From NCBI RefSeq assembly GCF_033153115.1, contig NW_026889763.1, positions 19,344,001-19,408,000 on the forward strand: a DNA stretch of 64,000 nucleotides, written 5' to 3'. Source of the DNA: Saccostrea echinata (Eukaryota). Numbering within the stretch: position 1 is the stretch's first letter; each line of letters starts with the position of its first letter. Under the pieces are notes generated by a model, which did not search any database, was not told the origin of the DNA, and worked only from the letters and a program-made list of their open reading frames with translations. Below are positions 36,339 through 50,300 of the stretch, piece after piece. The position numbers were made by a program, and so were the translations under genes.

Positions 36339-37366
36339 TCATTCTTCTTCACTTTTCGAGGTTAAAAGAATTTCTGATACAAAGAAATCGCTATCTTCAT
36401 TAGGTTATTGTCTTAAGAATTTTTTGGTATCAAAAACTGATTGAAACACTGTATTGTGGAAAAGGATGAATAAGGAAATCATTTCTCCAATAATATTGGT
36501 GTCTTGGAAAGTAAAATCCATATTATGCTGCTTTTGCAAGAGTGCCAAATATTGTGTTTTATACATTTATCTATTTCAATTTTAATATGCTAATCTTAAT
36601 ATTATGACAATTTTTTCCATATATATCATACGTGTGGTGCAAGATTCATATTAATTCAAAATAGGATTCATGATGCCTCGGTCCTTACAACACTGTACAA
36701 CTTCCAGTCAAAAGTTTGTATCAAAATAAATCTCCAACAGATTGTCACATATGTTTAAAAAGACGCAGCAGATATTATTTCAAGATTTCATATTTTGAAT
36801 CTACTGACAACAGTGCGACGTCATCAATATACGCATCGTCGATTTTTGTAGAAATCAACAACGTAGTTTCACAGTTGTTATCTCAAAGTTTTGTTAAAAA
36901 CGAAAATCGCATGAGATAAATAGAACATCTATAATTGTGTGATTTGATATTTGCCTTATCCTTTATCCAACAAGTTGAAATGGTGTATATTTGCTCGACA
37001 AGCCTCACGAATATACACCATTTCAACTTGTTGGATAAAGAGAATTTCAAACCACAAAATATATAGAGGATATTCAATGTTTTGTAGATGAATATGGAAT
37101 TTATTTCACGAGTGGGACAGGATTTTTTTTATATTTTCACGAGTGCAAAGCACGAATGAAAATATCAAGAAATCCTGTCGCACGAGTGATATAAATTCCA
37201 TATTCATCTACGAAATATTGAATTTTCTGTTTATTACATTTTCTTAGATTTTTCCCTTTGCCTCTGTCTTTTCGTAACACAGTGTCATAGGCTGTGACGT
37301 CATAGTTGAGCGGTTGAGACATCATAGCTAAGCGATTGTGAGATTGAAAAACGTTGTAAACATGGA

Positions 37367-37406
<40 letters not shown>

Positions 37407-37689
37407 CCGTTTTCGTCCGTCGGCGTGCGTCGTGCGTCGTGCGTTGTGCGTTAACATTTGAACATTTTCAGCTTCTTCTCTGAAACCGCTCAACCAATTT
37501 CAACCAAATTTGGCATATAACATCTATGGGTGAAGGGGGACAAAATTTGTGAATTTCATGGTCCCTGCCCCCCTGGGGCCTGAGGGGTGGGGCAAAAACC
37601 ACTAAAATTAATGCAATCTTTAAAAATCTTCTTCTTTACTCCTGGACATCAAGCAGTCAAACTGTTAGCATGATTGTAATAAGCATTGA

Positions 37690-37941
37690 ACCCTCTACCA
37701 AAATTGTGAAATTCATGGCCCCAGGGTAAGGGGTTCTGGGGCTAGGGTGGGGCTATATAGATCATATAGTAAAAGTGCATTATTTCTTCAAAAATCTTCT
37801 TCTCTGCTCCTGGGTATAAAATAAACTAACTAAGTACACAGTTATGATAATCAAGAATGCCCCTTCCAAAATTGTGAATTTCATGGCCCCTGGGTCAGGG
37901 GTTCTGGTGAAAGGGGGGGGGGCTCTATTGATTATATAGTG

Positions 37942-37975
<34 letters not shown>

Positions 37976-38880
37976 GCTTATGGGTATGAAATAAACTAAC
38001 TAAGTACATAGTTATGATGAGCAAGAGTGCCTCTTCAGAAATTTTGAATTTCATTGCCCCTGGGTCAGGGGTTTTGGTGAAGGGGGGGGGGGGGGTTATT
38101 GATTATATAGTGAAAATGCATTATTTCTTTGAATATCTTCTTCTCTGCTTATGGGTATTAAAGAAATTAACTAAAAACATAGTTATGATGAGCAAGAGTG
38201 CCTCTTCAGAAATTGTGAATTTCATGGCCCCTGAATCAGGGGTTCTGCTGTTAGGGTGGGGCTCTATTGATTATATAGTGAAAATGCATCAATTCTTTGA
38301 AAATCTTCTCTGCTCCTGGGTATTATTTAAACAAAGGAATTGCATGGTTATGATAAGCAAAAATGCCTCTTCCAAAATTGTGAAATTCATGGCCCCAGGG
38401 TCAGGGGTTCTTGTGAAAGGGGGGGTGGTTCTACTGATTATATAGTGAAAATTCATAATTTCTTTCAAAATATTTTTTCTACTCCTGGTTATAAAGCAAA
38501 GAAACAAGTGTATAGTTATGATGAACAAGGATGCTTTTACAAAATTTTTAAAACTTGTGGTCCCAGGGGTTCTGCTGTTTTTCTGAGGGGGTGAGAGGGG
38601 GGGGGGCTCTATTGATAATATAGTGAAAATGTGTGAATTCTTTGAAAATCTTCAACTAATTGCATAGTTATGATGATGAGGGTACCTCTTCTAAATTTGT
38701 AAATTTCATGACCCTCGGTCATGGTTCTGGTGTTAGGGTAGGGCTGTGTTAAATAGTAAAAGTGCATTATTTCTTTGAAAATCTTCTCTGCTCCTGGGCA
38801 TATTGGAGGCAAACAGAGTAAAAGTTTTAATAAGCAAGGGTATTTTTACCAGAATTTTAAACATCTGGACCATTTGGTCA
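37690..38880 (+). repeat. About-170-bp tandem repeats in the Helentron 5' region
   Basis: AAAATTGTGAA(A/T)TTCATGGCCCC recurs at about 37700, 37868, 38039, 38209 and 38376, with later degenerate copies. Confidence 0.85.
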
Positions 38881-41800
38881 AGTGTTCTGGTCCTGGCCAG
38901 GGCTCTATTAATTTGTATTCTACTGAGTGAAGTTATTCCCCTTTGCCATTCACCTTTGATAATTAATCAGTGTAGATAATGTATTTGAAAGGTTAATAGA
39001 ATAAGAGAATTATGCAAGAACATTGATTGTATAATACAAAAAGTACTTTCCTAGTTTTAATGATCAGGTAGACCTGGAAGTAATAGATGAATAAAAGTGA
39101 AACAAAAATAACTTATCTTTTTTAATGTTCTTCAAAGGCCAAGTGAGGCCAGTTTGAGATATTTTGTTAAAAGTCTGTATGGTAATAGCGATAAATGGGG
39201 GACAGATAGATAAATCTTACTATTTTCCTTGCTTTTGGAAAAAAAAAAGCTTTATTTTTAGGTCACCTGAGTTTACTCAGGTGACCTATTGCTATCCATT
39301 TTTGTCCGTCGGTGTGCGTTAACATTTGAACATTTTCAGCTTCTTCTCTGAAACCGCTCAATCAATTTCAACCAATTTTGGCATATAGCATTAATGGGTG
39401 AAGGGGGACAACATTTGTGAATTTCATGGTTCCTGCCCCCCTGGGGCCTGAGGGGTGGGGCAAAAACCACTAAAATTAATGCAATCTTTAAAAATCTTCT
39501 TCTTTACTCCTGGACAACAAGCAGTCAAACTGTTAGCATGATTATAATAAGCATTGAGCCCTCTACCAAAATTGTGAAATTCATGGCCCCTGGGCTCAGA
39601 GTTCAGGCTCTAGGGTGGGGTCAAGGTCAGGTGTGTGAATGTTGAAAATGCATATCTTAGATTTTTTTCTTAACTCCCAAATTTCAAGGAGGTTAAATGT
39701 TTTACTATTATATTGAGCAACGAGTTCTCTACCAAAATTGTGAAATCTATGGCCCCTAGGTTCAGGGTTCAGGTCCCAAGGTGGGGCTACAAATGTAACT
39801 TTGTCATATATTGAAAATGTATAAATTAAAAAAAAATGTCTTATGTTTCTAAATTGTGATCTGAAAGCAGTTAAATGTTGGCATGAATATAATAGCCCTC
39901 AACACTGTGGAATGTATTACCCCTCAGTTTTGGGTCCAGGCCCCAGGGTGGGGCTAAGTTAAATTGCACAATTAGGCCTATATATATTCAATTTTGAAGA
40001 AGCATTTTCGTCATAATGTACAATTTAACTATATGTAACAAATGTTTATGTGATGTTTGATGTTTTTAAACAATATCTTAAATTCATTCGCGCAAGGAAG
40101 AAAACAGTTGTGATTTTTATAGCGACGGTTAATCAACCCGGTGTTTAGGCCTACCATTAGAACATCCACGCATGCGCAGAAACGATCGTCTGGAAGAAGA
40201 TAGACTCGAGCGTCCTAAGTAGAATATTTACGTTTTTTTTCAGGTCTAAGGTTTTGCATTACGAACGGTGGGTTTGAGTGTTACGATTTTGTTACGTGCT
40301 TTTGCAAATACATCGCATTCTTTTTGGTAATCATTAGATCCCTTTCAGCTTTGTTGAAATAATGGCTTATGATGGACGAGCTACGAAGAAAAAGCATTTT
40401 ATATGCAGTAATAAATTATCTGCACTGGGTGTTTAATATTGTTTTTGTTTTGCTTTCTTATTGTATATAGGGAATTTATGCTCAGAACTTTAAATGTCAT
40501 GAAATAATCAGATCGAATTATCTCGGAAGCAGCGGGGTAGATCATTGAATTACGTCCGATTTGGTATGGTGGAAAATTTCTACATTTTAAAATTTGGGAT
40601 TAAGATACTGTTTCAACTTTTTACATATTTTTGTATTCAATACAGATTGTTAAGGCTAATTCTTTGATTTATTTTGGCAATGGGAAGTTTTGCCCCCTAT
40701 TGACAATTCGTACTGAGACTATATTCACCACATAAGACGTTTTGCGCCATATATAATGTATATGGTACATGTTAATATTTGTGTGTATACTTATAATTTA
40801 CTTATTTAGTATATTAGATTTGATTAAACTACTCAAAAAAAGGTGTTAGTTTTTTCATCTTGTTCTTTTAGTTTGGGATACTTGTATTTATCAAATCATT
40901 TATTCATGCACTTAGCGACTAGCAAATACATGTATGTATATATGTTTATTCAGGAATCTTAATTTTATTTGAATACACCTAAATGATTCAGAGACTCTCA
41001 AAGCAATTAGGCAAATTACTGGTATGCCAATAATTATTCGTGAGTGCAGGGCTAGAAACTCTCCAAACAGACAACTCAGAATTAATTGTTAGTATCAAAA
41101 AATTAACTCGTAATTTCCAAAGAGTACTTGCAATTTTATAATATTTTTATCATTAAAACATAACATTACTTAATAATACTACTGTTTAATACATAATGAC
41201 AATATGTACATATTTAACTTTACTGTTTATTAACAGAATGAATTTAAAAGGAAAATTCCAGAGGACATGAATTAAGATATTTTTATGTTAGACCCCTGAT
41301 GTCATTGAAGGATTTCATGAAATTCATTGAAGATCAGTAGATAAACATGTAATTAGTATGGAGTCCTATGCCTGCACGTGTTCTTGCTCTTTATAGGCTA
41401 TTCATTCAGTTAATTTCTCAATTATCAATGAAAGAAGATTTATAATGTAGGTTTATGTTATGTGTCCATAAAGTGAGGTTTCTAAATTGAAAACAAGTCG
41501 GGATATCATTGATGCCTATTGAAAATGGCTGCTATTAGGTTTAAACTTAAATGCATTTAGCATTTCATTGAACTTTTTCAAATGTATATATATATATATA
41601 TATATATGCAGCATAAACATAAAATCATTCAAAAAGGGAAGATTGTCAGCATGTGTATGCACATGCATTGAACTCTTATTGGCATATCATTTTACAGTAA
41701 TATTTACTTGAGTAAATGAGCTGTTTGGTAAACACTGTAATGACCACCATTACAATTAGTATTAGTTACTTTTGGAAGCAAAAGACTAAGATTTAGTTGC

Positions 41801-41922
41801 TGAATTTTTCTTTTTCAGGTGCAGGAAATTTAGATTGTTTTTTGCATGTTCATAATTATCAAACAAAACTTCTAACACATCATTAGAATAATAATACATG
41901 TATCAGTGTAGTCTTGCAGATA

Positions 41923-43305
41923 TACAGTAAAACGCACTTATAACAAAGTGCCATGGATGGACGCTTTTGCTTCACTTTAAGCGTAATTCGTTATAGCCAT
42001 TAATTATGCCCCTGCTTTATAATAGCAGGAGGCATATAGTGTTACCCTATTCTGTCATTCCGTCATCATTGACTCTCTGTTCATTATCTCTGCAACAGTT
42101 GCACACATTCAACTCAAATCTGACATACGGATACGTCATAGTAAAACCCAAGTCAAGTTCGAATTTGGTCATGCTCTGATGGTTTTTGACAGAGTTATCC
42201 CTCTTGAATTTAGAAAAAAATAAATTTTCAGTTTCCACTCTCTTACTTTTGTAGGGATGTATGCATAAGGTTGAAGTTGCATTTGAAGTTATTTAACCAG
42301 CAAATTCAGGTCAAGTTTGAATTTAGTCATGGTTCGTTGATTTTTGACAGAGTTATCCCTTTTGAACTTTAAAAAAAAGAAGAAATTTTCAGTTTCCGCT
42401 TTCAAACTTTTTTAGGGATGTATGTATAGAAACAATTTCACAAAACAGTTAAATTACCATCTTTGATTATAGGGCCATCCTAATAAGGTTAACATTGTAT
42501 AGTTTTTAGACGGGGTCACGTGACCCCGTCTGTTAGTTTACTGTCAGTCAAGGCCTCAAAACGGAAACCGTGTGTAGAACACATTAATCAAATCTATGCT
42601 ATATGAAAGAGTGCAGAAATTGTTTTGATCAAAATACAAACACTCTGTATCAAACTGAAGAGATTGATATGATGTTTTTCATACTCAAATTAATGAAGCA
42701 TTTTGAAAATTTCAAACGTAAATAATTTAATTGTAAATAACACTAGTAAACAAACTACTCACCTGCGTAGTATTATGACTGAGTACGCATAATCGATTGT
42801 TTGGTTCCGGAAATATATTAATTCGGACCCGGTGAAATTCGAACAATTCAAAAAGGTTTCTTTACTTCGATATTTCTACTACAAAGTAAATGAAAATCGT
42901 TAAGATATATTTTCACATTTTTTTATGTGCTATTAAAAAAAATAAGTTGGTATCAAAACCCTATAAAAAATTTTCCCAATGCGTTAATAAAATTTGTGAA
43001 ATCTAGCATGAAGTTTATTTTGACCCCATCTTTCAGTACTGTCTCAGTACTTTGATTATCTGAGTTATGCACCTTGAACTTATAGAAAAAAAATCTTTTG
43101 TGCAAACAAATTTAAAACTAAATGTGGCGTATGAAATTTTGGCTGTCTGCAGGGGTATTCAATGGCGTTATGACACAAATTTTTTAAATTGTTTAATTTT
43201 TTAAAAATATTTTACTATATATTTTAAAGTCATGGGAAATTAAAATCACTTCACTGTAAGCGCCAATTCATTATAAGTATGTTCTTGTAAGCGTGTTTTG
43301 CTGTA
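41923..43305. mobile_element. Degenerate MITE containing a nested Helentron-like element (about 42003-43190)
   Basis: TACAGTAAAACGCACTTATAAC and GTAAGCGTGTTTTGCTGTA are degenerate TIRs. The inner element runs from TTATGCCCCTGC to GCAGGGGTATT. Confidence 0.45.
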
Positions 43306-43397
43306 TTCCAAGTGCTAAAGTTTTTTGGTGTTTCTGCAAATGCAGTTTAAGGACAACTCGCCTGAGTCAAAATTCAATATATTTATAACGTTTTAGA

Positions 43398-44130
43398 TTC
43401 TTGCTGTGGCCTTCAACTCAACATTTAGATGTATGGACAATGTATTGTCAATTAACAATGGTTATTTCTATTCTTATGTCTACGCGATATATCCCGGTGA
43501 GCTTGAGATAAAAGATACCACAGAGTCTAACACATCTGTTTCATATTTGGTAATTTTATTAGAAAAAGATTGTAATGGTAATCTAACACCAAAGCTTTAT
43601 GATAAAAGTGATGACTTTTATTAACTTTTCAATCGTCAACTTCCCTTACTTATGCAGCAATATACCCTTATCACCTGCATACGGGGTTTATATCTCTCAG
43701 TTGATTCAATACGCCAGAGCATTCTCTATGTATGAACAATTTCTAAAATGAGGGAAGTTATTGACAAACAAGTTGATGGAACAAGAATATCAGCAGTCTC
43801 ATATAAAGTCATCATTTTGTAAGTTCTTTGGCGATACCATGACCTTGTCAGAGAATACAATTTTTCATTAAGTCAAATGCTGACTGACCTTTATCATACT
43901 AATTGTTAGGCCATTATTTACACACTGAATTGTTGACGGATTTTCCATTATTTCCTGATCATGACGAGGAGCACACGGCGGGTGTGACTGTTCGGCACGG
44001 GAAGCTCACTCCTCCATGGCACCTGATCCCACCTCTGATGTCTTAGAGGTCCGTGTTTGCTCTGCTCCTATTTTGTAATGTTTAATGGACATTTGAGCTC
44101 GAATACTGTTTGTTATGTCCACATATTTCA
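43398..44130 (+). mobile_element. 5'-truncated Penelope-like retroelement RT remnant
   Basis: FNSTFRCMDNVLSINN (degenerate YIDD), IYPGELEIKDTT, SYL, KLYDK.DDF, IVNFPYLCSNIP.SPAYGVYISQLI. Confidence 0.75.
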
Positions 44131-44329
44131 TTCTTTGGTGTTAAAAATTTTGTGAATTTTCATGCAGCATTGTAGTTTAATTGAATAGTGGGTAGGAAGA
44201 ACTGATAAAGAATATCAAAAGCTCAGCTAGCTTAAGTTGTTTTTTCATTTGTTCAAAAGACATGAATGCAGTTGTTCATAGATAATTAATATTTGTGTAG
44301 TTAACTTTAGTACAGCTTATGTGTTTTCC

Positions 44330-44905
44330 AGTAAGTTCGAGGTCACTAGAGAAACAAATAAAATTCTTGTGTGGTCTGTAACATTGTAAGGGACAATCAT
44401 TGGAAGCTCATACTTTCTACAAAAAATCTTTATGACATGAGGGTATATCATGAAGTTTACCCAAGGTCATTCTAGCAAGTTCAAGGTCAGGTAGATAAAA
44501 ATTAATTATTGTCTGGGCTATAACTTTGTAATGGAGAATCATTGGAAGTTCATACTTGGTATAGAGATTGTTTGTGAACAGAGGGTGTGTCTTGACTTTG
44601 ATCTAAGGTCATTCTGATAAGTTCAAGGTCAATGCCAGAAAAAGTATAAAATTCTTTTCCAGGGTACAGCTTAGTTATGGAGTATCAGTGTAAGCTCATA
44701 CTTCCTACCAAAATTCTTTATGACCTGAGGGTATGTCTTGATCCTGATCCAAGGTCATTGCAGCAAGTTCAAGGACACTGGTATTAAAAGTGTAAATCTA
44801 TAATTTTCTAATGAAGAAACATGGCATGTCCATGTTTCATTAAAAAATTACTAATGACCAGAGAATGTGTCATTTAACCAAGGTCTTTTGGCAAGTTCAG
44901 TGTCA
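44330..44905 (+). repeat. About-145-bp tandem repeat (about 4 copies)
   Basis: CCAAGGTCATT...AAGTTCAAGGTCA recurs at about 44461, 44603, 44749 and 44878. Confidence 0.75.
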
Positions 44906-45847
44906 CATTTACAAAATTTGAATGGCACATTAAAAGAAATGCAGAAGGGGGGGGGGGTATTTTATGAGATTGTTCCGAGTATTTTTTGTTACCAGTATTT
45001 CTATGAAGAAAGTTGAACCACTATAGCAATAAGGACTTTGACTTGGAAAAGAAAATCATTAACAACATTAGAATAGGTGCCATTACTTTGACTTATTACC
45101 CAATCATTCTTAAAAAGAAGAATTTTATAGATTCTTTCCTCTGTATTCCAGTGTAAAACTTTTTATTCCCTACTTGACACCCTATCACTAGAGATTATAC
45201 AAACTTGAATATAAAAACAAGGGCAAGGCTTCATATTGGTTTGATTAATAGTGGTCATACTGTTCTTGAGAAAAGATTAACTAGTTTTTCGTATTAAAAC
45301 TTCAGCTCTAAACTTATGTCTCACACTAGGCCAAGGGTTATATTAAGGACTCTCTATACCCGAGTGCAAAATGTTTTTTGGGACATTGAGAAAATTGTAA
45401 TGTATAAAGGGGTAAATAATAAGCTTATCTATTTAATTTTCAGTATTATGGTGTGTGGCATTTACTCCCAGAAAAAAATGTTCAAAGACAAGAAATTTAC
45501 AATAACAGAATTCACTACTGTTTTACTCCAGTGGAGAAAATATATGCAAATTAAATATTAAGTTAATTTATCTTGGCATTATAAAATGTTTTGAATGCTT
45601 GCATTAATTACAAATTGAGTAATACACTGTAGATTTCAATTTATTTGAATTTATATCAAATGGCAGATTACTCTAACTTGAGAAAAACACCACAGAATCT
45701 GAACTCTTTAGTGTGCAGTTTAGAGAGGGTTCTTCTGTTATTTTAGGGAAAGGTATTATTGAAAGAAGTAAGTACTAAATATTACTTAAAGAATACTGAT
45801 TGAATTACATGTACTAGTAGTTGTATGTGTTTTGCAGAAACCTGGTG

Positions 45848-47008
45848 ATGCCACGCAAGAAGAACTGGCGGGTTGGATTGGCCAAGAAGGGGAACCGGAG
45901 TCGTGCCAGCAGTGACAATAGACTCGTGGATACTAGCCACATAAAAAATAGTACAAAGGACCCAACGATTGACGAAACATTTGACAGACCTTTGAGACTC
46001 GTGGATACTAGCCACGTAAAAAATAGTACTAAGGACCGGGGGGATACTGCCTCCTTAAAAAGAGTACTAGATTTGCCTTCGGGCGCCAGTAACATTGCAA
46101 ATTTGCCTTCGGGCACCAGAAACATCACAAATTTGCCTTCGGGCGCCAGTAACATTGCCAGTTTGCCTTCGGGCACTAGATTATTTGGAACAATTAATCA
46201 AGCAAATAATTTATTTCCAACTTTTTCTCGAGGAGTTCAGTGCACATGTAATGCTTTGATGTCTATCATTTTGCAAAATGCATCCACTACATCAGAACTT
46301 GATGAGGTGCTCTTTGCTGGGGATGATTTATTTAGACTCAGAATTGCAGAATTACAATCAAGTGTTCAATTTGTTTCAAAAATGCTACAATTCCAAGAAC
46401 TTCCCAAGTCTGTTTATGTGCATGACAACCAGTATGAAATAAGCTATTTTGAACAGATCTATGGAACAGTGACTCATATAGATTGGGATCAGTCATGTCA
46501 AAATAATAATTTGAAGGAAGGTATTGAGCTGCTCTTTACAAGATACAATCAAGGATTAATTATAGTTGGAGGAATTTGTTCTGGAATATATGTGGATGAC
46601 AAGAGGTGTCCTGTATTTTTTGATTCACATTCCCATGGAAAAGATGGTCTTTCATGTGCAGATGGCAAGGCTGTAAAAATCACTTTTGGGGATATTGATC
46701 AACTTGTGGACTACATGTTTGCATTTGATCAAAGTTGTAATATATCATTGATAAGCCAGTTTGAGATTCAACCAGTGTCTGTAAAACGAAAAACAAATGT
46801 GTCCATTTGTGAGAGACTTTCCTTAATTGACAAGTACTTTGAGTTCCAAAATAACATGTCTAGATTATGTACTATTTCTGAATCATCACACGGAAATCGA
46901 AATGAATATATGAGAAACTACATGCAAAAAAGGAGGGAAAACTCACTTCCAGAAAAAGTGTCAGAGAAAATCCTGAAACAAAGCTCAAGGAAAGAGAACG
47001 TACATTAA
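45848..47008 (+). pseudogene. Helentron N-terminal part: herpesvirus-tegument-like deubiquitinase (VTD/peptidase C76 type)
   Basis: FSRGVQCTCNAL (catalytic Cys), LDEVLFAGD and FFDSHSHG (Asp-x-His). Splice acceptor TTTTGCAG at 45837 precedes ATG 45848. Frameshift at about 46940 to the Rep-Hel ORF. Confidence 0.8.
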
Positions 47009-47370
47009 AAAGCATGAACAAGGCAAGAAAAAATAAAGAGTTTAAAGAGAAAGAACTTGCTTCCAAAAAAAGTGTCAGAGAAAATCCTGAAACAAAGCTC
47101 AAGGAAAGAGAACGTACATTAAAAAGTATGAACAAGGCAAGACAAAGTAAAGAATTTAAAGAGAAAGAACTTGCTTCCAAAAAAAGTGTCAGAGAAAATC
47201 CTGAAACAAAGCTCAAGGAAAGAGAACGTACATTAAAAAGTATGAACAAGGCAAGACAAAGTGAAGAATTTAAAGAGAAAGAACTTACTTCCAAAAAAAG
47301 TGTCAGAGAAAATCCTGAAACAAAGCTCAAGGAAAGAGAACGTACATTAAAAAGTATGAACAAGGCAAGG
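46945..47370 (+). repeat. 114-bp (38-aa) coding tandem repeat, about 3.7 copies
   Basis: MNKARxxxEFKEKELxSKKSVRENPETKLKERERTLKS repeated. Confidence 0.95.
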
Positions 47371-50300
47371 CTAAATACAGGATTTTGTTTAAAAGAAAGA
47401 GAAGCAAAGAAAATGAAAAGAGACAATGTGCAGCAGCTGGAGAAAGAACGGCTTTGTAAACAACAAAGTAGAAGAAATTATAGAGAAAAAGAAAGAGAGA
47501 GTGAAAGAGTTTCTAAAGCTAAAAGGAGGCTTGATGCAGAATTTACAGACCATGAAAACAAATTATTAAAGAAAAGGTGTCATGGTAATTCGTTGGAAGA
47601 TTGTATAGAGAAATTTCATGAAGAAGTGAAAATTGGTCCAATTTATGTGTGTACATGTTGTCATCAAACTTGGTTTTGGAAAAGTGTTGTGAAGCTAGAT
47701 ACAACTAATCTTAGTGCTAGTAGTAAAAGTATTTGTACTGGATTAAGATCTGTGGATGGTATAGAATGGTTATGTATAACCTGCTGTTCAGCTCTGAAGG
47801 ATGAGAAAATTCCAAAACTTTCTGTTAGAAATGGAATGAAATGGCCTGACCAACCAGATGCTTTGAAATTACACCCACTGGAAGAGAGGTTGATATCTCA
47901 ACGCATACCATTCATGCAAATAAGAGAATTACCTAGAGGAGGTCAAATGTCTGTCAAAGGAAATGTTGTAAATGTCCCAGTTGATATTCAGCCAACTGTA
48001 AATGCCCTTCCACGACAAATAGATGAGCATGTGACTATAGCTGTAAAATTAAAGAAAAGATTATCTCACAAATCGGCATGCTTCACAGAAAATGTTCGTC
48101 CAAATATGGTGATGAGTGCTTTACAGTGGCTTATGAAAAATAGTGAGTTGTATAAAGATTCTGGTTTAGTGATAGACCATTCTTGGAGAGATGAAATTGA
48201 AAAAAGTAAAGAAGAAACAGTACAAGAACTGATAGGTAGTTCAAATGAAAGCGATGATCGTGAATCTGAAGGAAATGATGATGATTTTTGTGAAGTTTCT
48301 TCAAATGATTGTATTCAAGGCAATTCTGATACACTTGTTGATGAAGCAGATATTGATACAAATAAACTCTATGTGTTTGCCCCAGGAGAAAACCAAAAAC
48401 CAATAAGTTTATTTACAGATAAAGATGCAGAATATCTCTGTTTTCCAACAATATTTTGTGGTCACCGCAGAATTGAAAGTGAGGAAAGAGAAGTTCCAGT
48501 ACACTACAGTGATATCGCAAAATGGGAGTTGCGCAGTGTTGATAGACGAGCAGCACAATCTGTACCTAACATCTTTTTTAAATTGAAGAAAATTCAAATT
48601 AAACAGGTTAGTGATAAAGTTAACTTGGCACTTAGAAGATGTAAATCAAAGGGCAAGAAAATCACTGCAGAACAAGTTTTAAATCCAGCAAATGCAGAAA
48701 AAATTGTAAGATTAAATGAAGGGTATTATATATTCAGAACACTTCGAAATTCTCCTGCATATCTTTCATCTAAAAAGAAGGATGTATTTGCCATGATAAG
48801 ACAGTTAGGTCTCCCAACCTGGTTTATTTCTCTGTCATCAGCCGATACCAGATGGCAAGATCTGCTTAAAACATTGGCAACACTAGATGGAAAAACCCTG
48901 TCACAAGAAGAACTAGAGGCCTTGAATTGGAATGAAAAATCAAAACTAGTTAAACAAGATCCAGTAACATGTGCAAGATTCTTTGACAACAGAGTTCAAC
49001 TCTTCATCAATACTGTTCTTAAAAGTCCTCACAATCCTTTAGGTGTTGTCACTGATGTGTTTCGAAGAGTAGAATTCCAAAACAGAGGTTCACCACATAT
49101 TCATATGCTGGTATGGACAAGTGATGCTCCAAAGCACAAAGAAAATAGTAATGAGGAAATTGAAGCTTATGTAGATAAGTATGTCACATGTAGTTTGCAG
49201 GAAAATAATCCTCAAATGGAGCAGCTTGTAGAGCTTCAAGTACATAAACACTCAAAGACTTGCAAAAAAGGCGGTAGATCTGTATGCAGATTTGGATTTC
49301 CATTGCCACCTTTGCCCAAAACCATGCTTCTTGAACCATTGGATGTTGATGTTGAGCATTATAGAAAGATATATTCTGATATTCAGAAGAAAATGAATGA
49401 TTACAAAGATGGTTGCAGTTTAGACTATGAGTCCTTCTTAGAGACTATTGTAGAAATGTGTGAGGATGAGTATATAAAATGTATTCGAGCTTCCTTGAAA
49501 GGTCCCAAAATATTTCTGAAGAGAAGTCCATCTGAGATGAGAGTGAATTACTATAATTCATCAGTGTTAAAGGCCTGGAATGCTAACTTAGATATTCAGT
49601 TTGTACTTGATCCTTATGCATGTGCCACATACATTGTTGCTTATATCAGCAAATCTCAGAGAGGAATCAGTGCAATGCTTGATAAGGCATCTCAAGAAGC
49701 TGCAGAGGGAAATATGGATCTTAAGCGTCAAGTTCGACATATTGGAAACAAGTTCTTAAACTTTGTTGAGGTCAGTGCACAAGAGGCAAGTTACTTGATC
49801 CTTCAGATGCCACTTACACAAGCTACTAGAGAGGTTGTTTTTATAAATACTTCACCACCTGAAGACAGAGTTTTCTTACTCAAACATCAAGATGAATTGA
49901 ATGAGTTACCCAAGGATTCAACTGATATTAAGGCAGACAGTATGATACAAAGATATGCAAGAAGACCAAAACAGCTAGAAAATTGGTGTTTAGCTGATGT
50001 TGTTTCCGAATTGGAAGTAACTTTCCCCAAAGAAATCAGAAAAGATTTACAAGAGGAAGTGAATGATGATAACCCAGAAGATATTTCTGAAGAAACTTTT
50101 TTTACTGATCAGGATGTTTTAGTTCATTTGAAAAATGGGATTAAGATCAGAAGACGAAAAAACAAACGAGTTATTAGATATGTAGGGTACAGCCAAAAAA
50201 CAAATTCTGAACAGTATTACAGAGAAAGAATTCTTCTCTTTCTGCCTTGGAGAAATGAGAATGCTGACCTACTTGGTAGTCATCAAACTTATGAACAGCA

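Noticed and set aside
38014-38812. ORFs of 67-143 aa
   Set aside because: Chance translations of the 170-bp tandem repeat.
46872-47426. 184-aa minus-strand ORF
   Set aside because: Antisense shadow of the 114-bp coding repeat.
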